DNA of 64,000 nucleotides from Candidatus Omnitrophota bacterium (GTDB lineage Bacteria; Omnitrophota; Gorgyraeia; JAFGIU01): NCBI GenBank assembly GCA_016929445.1, contig JAFGIU010000011.1, positions 43,068 to 107,067 of the forward strand, read 5' to 3'. Shown piece by piece: positions 55,531 to 64,000 of this stretch (position 1 is its first letter; each line of letters starts with the position of its first letter). The notes under the pieces were generated by a model. It saw only the letters and a program-made list of their open reading frames with translations, ran no database searches and was not told where the DNA came from. The position numbers and the translations under genes were made by a program.

Positions 55531-57303
55531 ATGGTTCTTGGGGAAGTTGAATTGATGAGAACAGAAAATACATCCAATTTTGATGAATTCGGACTCAGCG
55601 CATCCGTGTCCATAGCGCTGAGAGATTCCGGTTATAAAACGCCCACGCCTATCCAGTCTGCAACCATACCGCTTTTGTTGGAGGGTAAGGATGTGGTGGC
55701 GCAGGCTCAGACCGGGACGGGAAAAACCGCCGCCTTTGCCTTGCCTTTACTCACGAGAATTGATTTCAATGGTAAGCTGCCGCAAGTCCTTGTCCTGGCC
55801 CCCACTCGAGAGCTAGCCATTCAAGTCTCAGAAGCCTTCAGGCGCTATTCCAAGCATATGCACGGTCTCAGTGTGACTTCAATCTACGGCGGCCAGCCTT
55901 ATGGGGTTCAACTTCGGGAACTCAAGCGAGGCGTCAATATAGTGGTAGGAACTCCGGGTCGCGTGATGGATCACATGCGCAGAGGCACCCTGAAACTGGA
56001 TGCGCTGGAGTGTCTGGTTTTGGATGAGGCCGATGAGATGTTACGTATGGGATTCATCGAGGATGTGGAATGGATCCTTAGCGAAATACCCACAGAACAT
56101 CAAACAGCGCTGTTTTCAGCGACAATTCCTCCGGCGATTCGTGATATCGCGGAAAAGCACCTAAAGAAGCCTGAACAAATCCAAATCAAGCAGAAGACCT
56201 CGACTGCCGAAACCGTCAATCAAAGGTATTGGCTGGTCAGAGGAATGCAAAAGGTAGATGCCCTGTGCCGTATGCTGGAGGCGGAAGACAATGACGGTGT
56301 GATCGTCTTTGTGCGGACGAAGTCGGCAACCGTGGAATTGGCTGAAATGCTGGAGAGCAGGGGCTATGCTTGTGCGGCTCTAAACGGCGACATCCCCCAG
56401 GCGAAGAGAGAGCGGACAATCAAGCGGATTAAGGCCAAAGATATCAATATTTTGGTCGCCACGGATGTGGCTGCACGGGGTTTGGATATTGAGCGAATCA
56501 GTCATGTGATCAATTACGATATTCCACACGATGCGGAAGCTTATGTGCATCGAATCGGACGCACGGGCCGCGCAGGCCGCACAGGTGAGGCAATTTTATT
56601 TGTGACCCCTGCTCAAAGGCGCTCGCTGGGATTTATTGAAAGAGCCACAAAGCAGAAGATTACACAGATGGAGTTGCCTGCAGCTGACGCAATTAACAGC
56701 AAAAGAGTCGCACAGTTTAGTGCACGGATTACGAAAGCACTTGAGTCTGCAGATATCGAAAGCTTCTATGAAATTATCCGCAAATATCAAAAAGAGCATA
56801 AGGTGGACGCTGGGAGAATTGCTGCTGCGCTGGCAAAGATGATTCAGGGGGATCAGCCTTTGCTTTTGCCCAAAGAGCGTATTCCTCAAGTTCAGTTTGA
56901 TCGAAGGGATGCGGTGCGCAAGAAGGAAAAAACAGCAAGGCCCGTGTTGGAACGGCCTAAGGCAAAGCTGCGGCATGAATCGGTGCCTCCGGATGTGGGA
57001 ATGGAGCGGTTCCGGGTGGAGGTGGGGCTGGAGCATGGAGTGAAACCAAGCCGGATTGCGGCGGCTATTGCAAAGGCCGCAGGGATCGGACGCGAGTACA
57101 TAGAGGGTGTCGACAGTTATGACCGGTACAGCACTGTGGATCTTCCCAAAGGCATGCCCGTCGCGGTCTTCCATGATTTGCAGAGAGTCATTGTTTCTGG
57201 GTTTCCTCTGAAAATTTCCAGAATGGAACCAGTCCAAACCAGACCTCAACGCCCGGACAGAAATCCTCCGGCAAAACGGAAGAAAAAGAAGTCTTACGCC
57301 TAG
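55531..57303 (+). CDS. deaD: DEAD-box ATP-dependent RNA helicase (DeaD/CsdA-like) with C-terminal DbpA-type RNA-binding domain
   Basis: Q-motif F..FGLS...TPTPIQ. Motif I AQTGTGKT; DEAD; SAT; motif VI HRIGRTGRAG. C-terminal RNA-binding domain and basic tail KRKKKKS. An alternative ATG lies at 55555. Confidence 0.85.
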   Translation: MVLGEVELMRTENTSNFDEFGLSASVSIALRDSGYKTPTPIQSATIPLLLEGKDVVAQAQTGTGKTAAFALPLLTRIDFNGKLPQVLVLAPTRELAIQVSEAFRRYSKHMHGLSVTSIYGGQPYGVQLRELKRGVNIVVGTPGRVMDHMRRGTLKLDALECLVLDEADEMLRMGFIEDVEWILSEIPTEHQTALFSATIPPAIRDIAEKHLKKPEQIQIKQKTSTAETVNQRYWLVRGMQKVDALCRMLEAEDNDGVIVFVRTKSATVELAEMLESRGYACAALNGDIPQAKRERTIKRIKAKDINILVATDVAARGLDIERISHVINYDIPHDAEAYVHRIGRTGRAGRTGEAILFVTPAQRRSLGFIERATKQKITQMELPAADAINSKRVAQFSARITKALESADIESFYEIIRKYQKEHKVDAGRIAAALAKMIQGDQPLLLPKERIPQVQFDRRDAVRKKEKTARPVLERPKAKLRHESVPPDVGMERFRVEVGLEHGVKPSRIAAAIAKAAGIGREYIEGVDSYDRYSTVDLPKGMPVAVFHDLQRVIVSGFPLKISRMEPVQTRPQRPDRNPPAKRKKKKSYA

Positions 57304-57425
57304 CCGGGTCCTTTTACTCGAAGCTTATTTCTCATTTTTCCTGCTGTGAAGGTATAATGTTTTGTCGGCAATACAATTTAGCCTGGGGTCTGTCCGGTTA
57401 GTTGCTCTAACAAAGGAGATAATAT

Positions 57426-57695
57426 TTGAAGAAGATAGTCATGCTGCTGATGCTTGTGTCTGTCATGATGCTGGGATTCGGAGTCGTCTACGCAGGAGAC
57501 GGCCCCGGAGCCGGGCCTGCGCCGAATTCCGGAGATGGTATTCCGGACGGGAGCGGATTTGAGGTGCCTCCGGGTCCGAGCGGGAGCGGTGCTGCAAGTG
57601 CTGCGAGTGGACAGGTGGGTCCGGCGCCGAATTCCGGTGATGGGATACCGGATGGAAGCGGATTGCCCTCTCCGAATGGCCCGGCACGTAACTGA
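57426..57695 (+). CDS. Small secreted Gly/Pro-rich protein with an internal direct repeat
   Basis: TTG start with RBS AAAGGAG 8 nt upstream. Signal peptide KKIVMLLMLVSVMMLGFGVVYAG. Duplicated unit GPAPNSGDGIPDGSG (twice). Confidence 0.4.
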   Translation: MKKIVMLLMLVSVMMLGFGVVYAGDGPGAGPAPNSGDGIPDGSGFEVPPGPSGSGAASAASGQVGPAPNSGDGIPDGSGLPSPNGPARN

Positions 57696-57707
57696 TTAGT
57701 CTGGATT

Positions 57708-57780
57708 TCGGGGTCAGCTCTTGAGCAATGATGGTGCCTAGTAAGCACTCAAGAGCTGGCCCCGAAATCATTTTTAGTGC
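57708..57780 (+). terminator. Long rho-independent terminator / stable hairpin
   Basis: GAUUUCGGGGUCAGCUCUUGAG ... CUCAAGAGCUGGCCCCGAAAUC: a 22-bp stem with one G-U pair and a ~20-nt loop, followed by AUUUUUAG. Confidence 0.65.
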
Positions 57781-57962
57781 CAAATGACGTGAGGACTCGG
57801 GAAGTCCAGATGAGTGCTTTGTTCGCCCAAACTGTGTCATGCAGTGTTTTATGGTTCCGCGTTTTACTGGACTTCCGGTCTGGTGTGTGATTCATGGGAT
57901 ATACTTTAACTTGTGCTTGTGCACTCGTTTGGGCGACGTTTCGGGGACGAGGGGGCAATGTC

Positions 57963-59603
57963 ATGAGAATATCTTTAGTTGTGTGTGGCGTGCTGTTTGT
58001 GGGGGCATCCTTTCTCAGTGCGGTCAACGTTTATGCAGGAAACGCGCCGGAAGGCAAGAAGGTTTCCGTTGTCGGCCAAAAGCCGGATATTGCTGGCGTG
58101 AATTTTGGCGCCGTTACCTATATTAGCCGCACGGGTGAAAGTGCCTATTCGCTCTCGGTCACAGGAGACGCCGCAGCACCCAGTGATGTGGTGCTGGTGG
58201 GTGAAAACCACGATTCCAGCGGTAATCTCACCGGTGTTGATGACAGTGCGGGTGTGGCTACGGACCTAAACACTTCAGTCATTACGATCACGAATGCCGT
58301 TGTGAGCGGAAGCACCGCCACCCAGGGCGGCATTACTGCGCCCGACCTCTCCCTTTGGATAAGCTACTTCAGACAAGTCGCCGACGTGACCCTCACTATG
58401 GACACGACGTACGCAAGCACGACCATCGGCAGTGCCGCCAACTACCAAATAGTCTATGTGGATGATGCGCAGATTACGTTGCAGAGTGGTTTTGAGGGGT
58501 TCGGGGTACTCGCGATCGAGGACAAGAATCCGGGCCCTGCGCGTGCCCCGCGTTTGGTAATGGAAGGGGATGCCAAATGGACCGGCCTGGTCTTTATCTT
58601 TCAGGAAGATGTTTCAGGGAGCGCGAATGATGTCTCCAGGATCAAGATGCTGGGGACACCGGGCAATCTGTACGATCTTGCGGATTTTGTTTTCTTGGCT
58701 AAGAACGGAATCTCCATTGATAAAGAACTCACGGTGGTGGCCGGTTTCTTGGGTGTGAACAATCCCGGGGGTACCTTTGTAAGCGACAAGACCAGCACGG
58801 TCAACGGGGATGTGATCGCGGATTCCGTGACTCTCGGCAAGGACTGCGTCATCAACGGGGATCTTCACTACAACTCCGCCTCTCTTGGCAGCGGAGTGGT
58901 GGTGACCGGGACGACATACACAAGTATGACCACCCCGTTCGTGCATCTCCCGGTTTTTCCGAGTTTTTCGGCTGGCGTATCGGATGTGAATATCGGAGCG
59001 AGTGCTACCTTGGACTTGGCGCCGGGCTCTTATAAGGATGTCAACGGCGGCATGTACTCCACTCTTCGTTTGACGGGAGGAGTTTACTACTTTGAGGACA
59101 TCTACATGGCCAAGGAATCCTATATCTACTACGAAGCTCCTGCTGAAGTCCATATCAAGGGGAATCTGGATACCGATAAAACTTTGTATGTGGGGCCCGC
59201 TCCTGCGAGCGGCCTGGGGACAGATGATGTGGTGTTGTATGTCGAAGGCAGTGTGCCCGCCTTCAGCAAAGCTTCGACTTTTCTCGGGACCTTGTACGCG
59301 CCCAATGCGAATCTTTCCATTGATAAGGATGGTGTCTTCCAGGGCCAGGTGATCTCCAATACCATCAATATGGACAAAGGGGCGACGGTAGTCCTGGACA
59401 ATACCTGGTTCACGGGGGCAGTCGGATCCGGCGGATTGCGCCCCCAGGTTTTGGGAGGCCTGCTTCTCGTTGGCCGGGAATTCTTTGTGCCCGACGGGAA
59501 CACCTACTGCGATATTCTTTATTCCTCCGAGGTACTCGATAACGTGGAGACTGCGATCGAGAGCAGACCTCACCGCTGGATGGACTGGAGAGAAGCCGAA
59601 TAG
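57963..59603 (+). CDS. Large secreted hypothetical protein (Thr/Ser/Gly/Val-rich, probably beta-helical)
   Basis: RBS GAGGGGG before ATG 57963. Signal peptide MRISLVVCGVLFVGASFLSAVNVYAG. No catalytic motif recognised. Segments such as LGTLYAPNANLSIDKDGVFQGQVISNTINMDKGATVVLD suggest a beta-solenoid fold. Confidence 0.45.
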   Translation: MRISLVVCGVLFVGASFLSAVNVYAGNAPEGKKVSVVGQKPDIAGVNFGAVTYISRTGESAYSLSVTGDAAAPSDVVLVGENHDSSGNLTGVDDSAGVATDLNTSVITITNAVVSGSTATQGGITAPDLSLWISYFRQVADVTLTMDTTYASTTIGSAANYQIVYVDDAQITLQSGFEGFGVLAIEDKNPGPARAPRLVMEGDAKWTGLVFIFQEDVSGSANDVSRIKMLGTPGNLYDLADFVFLAKNGISIDKELTVVAGFLGVNNPGGTFVSDKTSTVNGDVIADSVTLGKDCVINGDLHYNSASLGSGVVVTGTTYTSMTTPFVHLPVFPSFSAGVSDVNIGASATLDLAPGSYKDVNGGMYSTLRLTGGVYYFEDIYMAKESYIYYEAPAEVHIKGNLDTDKTLYVGPAPASGLGTDDVVLYVEGSVPAFSKASTFLGTLYAPNANLSIDKDGVFQGQVISNTINMDKGATVVLDNTWFTGAVGSGGLRPQVLGGLLLVGREFFVPDGNTYCDILYSSEVLDNVETAIESRPHRWMDWREAE

Positions 59604-59693
59604 ACTCCCGGCCACTCCGAAAGCCACTCGTTGTATAATCCTTCTATTGACTCAAACTCCGATTCAACCAATATTTGACAGGGAGATGCAGGA

Positions 59694-61040
59694 TTGCTGA
59701 ACAGAAGCTTTGTGTGGACTCTGGCGGGCTTGATTTTGGCCATGCCCCTTTTCTTAAGTACAAGTCTTTTGGCGGCTCAGGAAGATTCCGGCCCGGAGCT
59801 GGACGCGCTAAAGAAGGAAAATGCTCAACTCAACGAGCGGGTTGCAACGCTTGAGGCTGCTGTCAAGGCCATTCAGCAGCAGCTCCGCGAGCAGAATGAA
59901 ATGCCGGAGATGCGTGTTGCCGAAGTCAGCGAGGCCGGCACGAAAGACAAACCTGGGGTTCGTTCAAAACTGCCTTTAACTCTATACGGTTTTGCGAAGT
60001 TGGATGCAGCCTATGATTCCTCCCGGACCGATGACGGGAACTATGCACGCTGGGTCGAATCCGAAACGGCAAATAGAGGTGACTCCCAATTCAACATGAC
60101 CGCTCGCCAGACACGGCTGGGAATGAACTTCGAAGACTATGATTTGGGCCGGAGCCTGAAGACCGGGGGAAAGGTTGAAGTGGATTTTTACGGAGGCGGG
60201 GCGGAGAACAAGAACGCTCTCCAGATGAGGCACGCCTACATGAACCTGAAGTGGGAGGATCAGGGCACGGAGCTCTTGGGCGGCCAAACCTGGGATCTGA
60301 TCTCTCCATTGAATCCCTCCACGCTCAATTACACAGTAGCCTGGTGGGCCGGCAATCTGGGCTACCGCAGACCCCAGGTGCGCCTGACCCGGAATATGGA
60401 TGTGGGCGAAAGCTCCCAGCTGACCCTTGCAGGCGCTTTGACTCGCACCATCGGAGAGGATTGGGGGTTTGACCCGGGCGATACAGGGGAGGATTCCGGG
60501 TTTCCGACTCTTCAGGGCCGGGCCGGTGTTTCCTTCCCCTTCATGGATAAAACAGCCGGGTTGGGTCTTTCCGGCCACTGGGGTGAGGAAGAGTACGACA
60601 GCGCCAATGACGGCACCCATCAGAACTTTGACACATGGTCCGGAAATCTGGACCTTTCCCTGCCCCTTTGGAAAGGTGTAACATTGAAAGGCGAGCTTTG
60701 GTCCGGCGAAAATCTGGACGCGTACTTGGGAGGTATCGGTCAGGGCGTGAATCAAACCCTGCTTCAGGAGATTTCCTCAAAGGGCGGATGGGCAGCCTTG
60801 AACTTCCCAATCTGTGAGAAATGGCAAATCAATTTGGGGGCGGCTATCGACGATCCGGACAATGACGATCTCAACAACGGGGACCGCTCGGAGAACAGGG
60901 CGCTCTGGGGCAATGCGATTTACAATATGACGGATTTCACGCAGGTCGGCTTAGAACTCTCCTCGTGGGAGACCAAGTACAAGAACCAGGGGGATGGGTC
61001 CAGCACACGTGTGCAGTCCTCTGTAATTCACAAATTCTAA
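59694..61040 (+). CDS. Outer-membrane beta-barrel porin-like protein with N-terminal coiled coil (DcaP-like architecture)
   Basis: Signal peptide. Coiled coil LDALKKENAQLNERVATLEAAVKAIQQQLREQ. Alternating amphipathic beta-strands. C-terminal aromatic residue ...SSVIHKF. Confidence 0.5.
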   Translation: MLNRSFVWTLAGLILAMPLFLSTSLLAAQEDSGPELDALKKENAQLNERVATLEAAVKAIQQQLREQNEMPEMRVAEVSEAGTKDKPGVRSKLPLTLYGFAKLDAAYDSSRTDDGNYARWVESETANRGDSQFNMTARQTRLGMNFEDYDLGRSLKTGGKVEVDFYGGGAENKNALQMRHAYMNLKWEDQGTELLGGQTWDLISPLNPSTLNYTVAWWAGNLGYRRPQVRLTRNMDVGESSQLTLAGALTRTIGEDWGFDPGDTGEDSGFPTLQGRAGVSFPFMDKTAGLGLSGHWGEEEYDSANDGTHQNFDTWSGNLDLSLPLWKGVTLKGELWSGENLDAYLGGIGQGVNQTLLQEISSKGGWAALNFPICEKWQINLGAAIDDPDNDDLNNGDRSENRALWGNAIYNMTDFTQVGLELSSWETKYKNQGDGSSTRVQSSVIHKF

Positions 61041-61055
61041 TCACAGGAAAAGGAA

Positions 61056-61577
61056 ATGAAAAAACTTCTCATCGGCACTTTGGCGGTGCTCTTGTGTTGC
61101 ACGGGTTGTTCCGGGTCGTCTGCTTACAAGCGGGTCTACAAAGGGCACAAGGATGCCCTCAACTCGCGGCACTATGCGCAACCCCTGGAAATTTGCTGGT
61201 CTGCCACAAAACGGATGCTCCTGGATCACAACTTTACCATTGAAGAAGAATCCGGAGACATGCATCGCATTCTTGCAAAGAGGCATTTCAAAGATGGCAA
61301 AAGAACCGTGACCTTGAGTTCGGAAGTGTTGTTGGAACCGGATCCAAAGGGTGGGACCACAATTTTCATTAATGCCATAGAGACCAAAGAAAAATATTTC
61401 GTACGCAGCCATTCCCGCTTCTTCCTGTGGGTTATTCCTTTGCCCGGCGGTGGCGGCAAGTCGGCCAGCGAAGTTCAGGAGTCCAAGCGCACCATCGTGG
61501 AGAAGAAGTTCTTTAAGAGATCCTTTGAGGCGATTTCCGATCAAATCGACCAATTGGTCAAGACGCCTGAAAAGTGA
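61056..61577 (+). CDS. Hypothetical lipoprotein
   Basis: Lipobox LLCCTGCSG in MKKLLIGTLAVLLCCTGCSG. RBS AAAGGAAA upstream. Confidence 0.5.
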   Translation: MKKLLIGTLAVLLCCTGCSGSSAYKRVYKGHKDALNSRHYAQPLEICWSATKRMLLDHNFTIEEESGDMHRILAKRHFKDGKRTVTLSSEVLLEPDPKGGTTIFINAIETKEKYFVRSHSRFFLWVIPLPGGGGKSASEVQESKRTIVEKKFFKRSFEAISDQIDQLVKTPEK

Positions 61578-62014
61578 AGTACCTTGGCTTGGTCTTGACA
61601 ACCCTGGTATTGCTCACCGCTTGTTCTGCCCAGCAGCTCCGGGATCACCGCATTACCCGCTCTCACGAGCTTTTTAGTTCCTACGACCTTGACATCCAGG
61701 ATAAGATCCGTCAGGGAATCATCGAGATTGGTTTCAGCCCGGATATGGTGATGCTGGCTTGGGGCAGGCCTGATGAAGAAAAAGTGCGATGGACTTCGGA
61801 AGGCGAGCTCATCGTTTGGACATACACGCGCTCCCGCACGGAAAGAGAAACTCGGGACATGAACATCCCCGTGGAAGTCACGGATTCCCAAGGCAGAAAA
61901 AGCATCGAATACCACGATGTGGAGGTGGACTGGGACCGGGAGGAAGAATATCCCGTGGCCCGGGTGGAGTTCGAAGACGGGGAGGTCACTGCTTTTGAGC
62001 GCTTCAGACGCTGA
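61574..62014 (+). CDS. Hypothetical lipoprotein
   Basis: GTG start overlapping the upstream stop (GTGA). Lipobox LLTACSA in MKYLGLVLTTLVLLTACSA. Confidence 0.45.
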   Translation: MKYLGLVLTTLVLLTACSAQQLRDHRITRSHELFSSYDLDIQDKIRQGIIEIGFSPDMVMLAWGRPDEEKVRWTSEGELIVWTYTRSRTERETRDMNIPVEVTDSQGRKSIEYHDVEVDWDREEEYPVARVEFEDGEVTAFERFRR

Positions 62015-62062
62015 GCCAACGGGCAGGGAGGTTCATGCTCAATGCGACGGAACTAAACGATC

Positions 62063-63049
62063 TTGTCTCTCCCCAAACATTTTGTGACCCCGGAAAAGGC
62101 TGAACACCACGCGCAGATCCTCTCCAACCGGATCCGGAACCGGTATCGTCACTTGTCGCGCCGGTTTCGCAAGCAGGGAATCGAGTGCTTCCGGCTCTAT
62201 GACTGGGATATTCCCGAAGTGCGGGCTGTGGTGGACTGGTATGCCGGCCATGTCGTGATCGCGGAGTACGAACGCCTGCAAACCGGACCGTGGTGGTTGC
62301 CCCGGATGGCCCTGGCCGTGGCCGAGACGCTCAAATTGTCCATGGACCAGGTCTATGTGAAGCGCCGTCGAACCGGGCCGGGTAAAGAGGATAGGCCCCG
62401 GTACAGCCGCCTCGACTCCAGAGGAGAGCGCTTCCCCGCAACGGAACGCGACTTGAAGTTCTGGATCAATCTAAATGATTTCCTGGACACCGGATTGTAT
62501 TCCGATCACCGGAATACGCGTGTTTTGATCCGCGAAATTGCGCAAGGAAAGGATTTTTTGAACCTCTTTGCCTATACCGGAGCTTTTACTTGTGCGGCAG
62601 CCGCGGGCGGAGCCAAGACAACGGTCACAGTGGACCGCTCCGAGACCTATCTGCAATGGGCCCAAGACAATCTCAAACTCAATGAGCTTTGGGGGACGGA
62701 CCACGAGCTCATTCAGTCCGATGTGCCCCGCTTCCTCTCACAGGCGCAGAAGGAGGGGAGGCGCTTTGACTTGGCCTTTGTGGACCCTCCTTCATTCTAT
62801 AAGGAGCAGAGCCGGGATCTGTGCTTTGACATCAACGAGGACCACCCTGGCTTGCTCAAGTCTGTGCTCCGGTTGATGAAGCCCGGATCTACGGTATTTT
62901 TTTCCACCAACCACCAGCGTTTTGAGCCGCGTTTTGAGGGCCTGCCTGTTCAAGAATTGAAAGAGCTGACCCCCCGCACCATCCCTGAGGATTATCGCAA
63001 CCGCAAGATCCACCGGTGCTGGCGGATGATTTCTCCGGCAAGGCCTTGA
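62063..63049 (+). CDS. Class I SAM-dependent RNA methyltransferase (RlmI/RlmK-like, without PUA/THUMP)
   Basis: SAM-binding FLNLFAYTGAFTCAAAAGGA. Catalytic DPPSF motif in FDLAFVDPPSF. TTG start at 62063 in the track; the true start is uncertain. Confidence 0.6.
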   Translation: MSLPKHFVTPEKAEHHAQILSNRIRNRYRHLSRRFRKQGIECFRLYDWDIPEVRAVVDWYAGHVVIAEYERLQTGPWWLPRMALAVAETLKLSMDQVYVKRRRTGPGKEDRPRYSRLDSRGERFPATERDLKFWINLNDFLDTGLYSDHRNTRVLIREIAQGKDFLNLFAYTGAFTCAAAAGGAKTTVTVDRSETYLQWAQDNLKLNELWGTDHELIQSDVPRFLSQAQKEGRRFDLAFVDPPSFYKEQSRDLCFDINEDHPGLLKSVLRLMKPGSTVFFSTNHQRFEPRFEGLPVQELKELTPRTIPEDYRNRKIHRCWRMISPARP

Positions 63050-63110
63050 CATCCCCCCAAAAAACATTAAACTTGTGATTTAAACAAGCGTTTGATTTTG
63101 CGGAGACAAA

Positions 63111-63752
63111 ATGACTGATCTCGCTCATACAGACAAGACCCGGGAGAGACTCATTGGAGCAGCGGGCCAAGTCTTTGCCGAACAAGGGTTTAGGCGTGCG
63201 ACAATCCGGGAGATCTGCCGCCGGGCCCGGGCCAATGTGGCATCCGTGAACTACTATTTTGGGGACAAAGAAAAACTCTATTCCGAGGTTTTGCGCTACG
63301 GAATGGACGCAACGGCCGCTGCCTACCCCACCATTTCCGGCTTGCCGCGGGGGGCGACCGCCGAACAGCGGCTTTTTTCCTTTGTGCATTCCATGCTTTT
63401 GCGTATGCTGGGCTGTTCTGAAAAGCCGGACTGGCACGGCCAGCTCATGGCCCGTGAAATGGCTGATCCGAGCACCGCGTTCCGGGGATTTATCGGGGAG
63501 TTTGCCAGGCCTCTGACAGAAGAGCTGGAGGGTATTCTTCGTGAAATCCTGGGCAAGAGGGCCAAAGAGGAGACAGTCCGCCGTTGCCGTTGGAGTGTCT
63601 TTGGTCAATGCATGGTGTATCAGCACTGCCGCGGGGTGGTTGAGGAACTGGACCCCAGACAGTCCTATGACATAGCGGAAATTGAGCGCATTGCCCGGCA
63701 CATTACGGAGTTTTCCTTGAAGGCCATGAAGCCGGACACGGAGATTGGATAG
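63111..63752 (+). CDS. TetR/AcrR-family transcriptional regulator
   Basis: TetR HTH region TRERLIGAAGQVFAEQGFRRATIREICRRARANVASVNYYFGDKEKLY. Confidence 0.8.
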   Translation: MTDLAHTDKTRERLIGAAGQVFAEQGFRRATIREICRRARANVASVNYYFGDKEKLYSEVLRYGMDATAAAYPTISGLPRGATAEQRLFSFVHSMLLRMLGCSEKPDWHGQLMAREMADPSTAFRGFIGEFARPLTEELEGILREILGKRAKEETVRRCRWSVFGQCMVYQHCRGVVEELDPRQSYDIAEIERIARHITEFSLKAMKPDTEIG

Positions 63753-63850
63753 GTTGTCATCCCGAGCACAGCGAAGGGATCTGTGCGGAACAAAGATCAC
63801 TGCGTTGCTTGGCTCCTCGTGATGATGATGCCAAAGAAAGAGGAACTGAA

Positions 63851-64000
63851 ATGAGGAATTTTGGAATTGTGACATTGGGTGCGCTGTTTATTCTGGCTGC
63901 GGCCGGATGCGGAAAGCCTGCAGAGGGCCAGAGCGGGCCTGGGGGCATGTGGGCCGTGGGTGTGGTGAGTTCTCCGGCAGGACTCGAAATTGTGGAAGAC
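63851..64000 (+). CDS. Lipoprotein, 3'-partial at window edge; possibly an efflux periplasmic adaptor given the TetR neighbour
   Basis: RBS GAGGA 8 nt before the ATG. Lipobox LAAAGCG in MRNFGIVTLGALFILAAAGCGKPAEGQSGPGG. The function is inferred from gene context only. Confidence 0.3.
   Translation, partial: MRNFGIVTLGALFILAAAGCGKPAEGQSGPGGMWAVGVVSSPAGLEIVED

Noticed and set aside
58614-59627. 337-aa minus-strand ORF antisense to the large secreted protein gene
   Set aside because: It overlaps a better-supported + strand CDS with RBS and signal peptide. No motifs. Typical GC-rich antisense frame.
62889-63875. 328-aa minus-strand ORF spanning the methyltransferase and TetR genes
   Set aside because: It is antisense to two well-supported + strand genes with clear family motifs (DPPSF; TetR HTH). 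Shadow ORF.
1-64000. Search for tRNA/rRNA genes, CRISPR arrays, transposases/integrases
   Set aside because: No tRNA-like cloverleaf signatures (for example GGTTCGANTCC T-arm) were found in the intergenic gaps. There are no regularly spaced direct repeats. No ORF has transposase (DDE) or integrase motifs.

Overview
This is a 64 kb chromosomal window from a high-GC diderm (Gram-negative-type) bacterium. The diderm call rests on the outer-membrane TpsB/Omp85-type barrel, the many lipoprotein signal peptides and the porin-like barrel; the lineage cannot be assigned from sequence alone. Genes are densely packed and almost all on the + strand. Nearly all open reading frames (ORFs) in the six-frame track that lie antisense to these genes are interpreted as GC-driven shadow ORFs.

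Features in order:
- a very large S8 subtilase (N-terminus outside the window)
- a secreted BNR/Asp-box beta-propeller protein that shares a roughly 150-aa C-terminal domain with the subtilase
- class II fructose-bisphosphate aldolase (fbaA)
- two tandem M48 metallopeptidase lipoproteins
- an MBL-fold beta-CASP RNase
- ArsR
- a four-gene operon of three paralogous L-amino-acid-ligase-like ATP-grasp enzymes plus a fold-III PLP decarboxylase. This is a candidate small peptide or amide natural-product cluster and the most likely undescribed system in the window.
- a LemA-TPM-TPM triad
- a complete rnfCDGEAB operon, with a convergent ApbE flavin transferase
- an ABC-2 exporter pair
- a YbiT-like ABC-F ATPase
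- TypA/BipA
- a compositionally atypical (low-GC) SAM methyltransferase
- a histidine kinase / response regulator pair and an XRE-cupin regulator
- a giant (about 4523-aa) two-partner-secretion exoprotein (TpsA) with about 58-aa beta-helix repeats, translationally coupled to a TpsB transporter and followed by a lower-GC trio of small envelope genes
- an RRM RNA-binding protein plus a DEAD-box helicase, each with a clear intrinsic terminator
- several secreted or lipoprotein hypotheticals, a DcaP-like porin, an RNA methyltransferase, and TetR with the start of a lipoprotein.

No rRNA, tRNA, CRISPR array or transposase/integrase could be supported.
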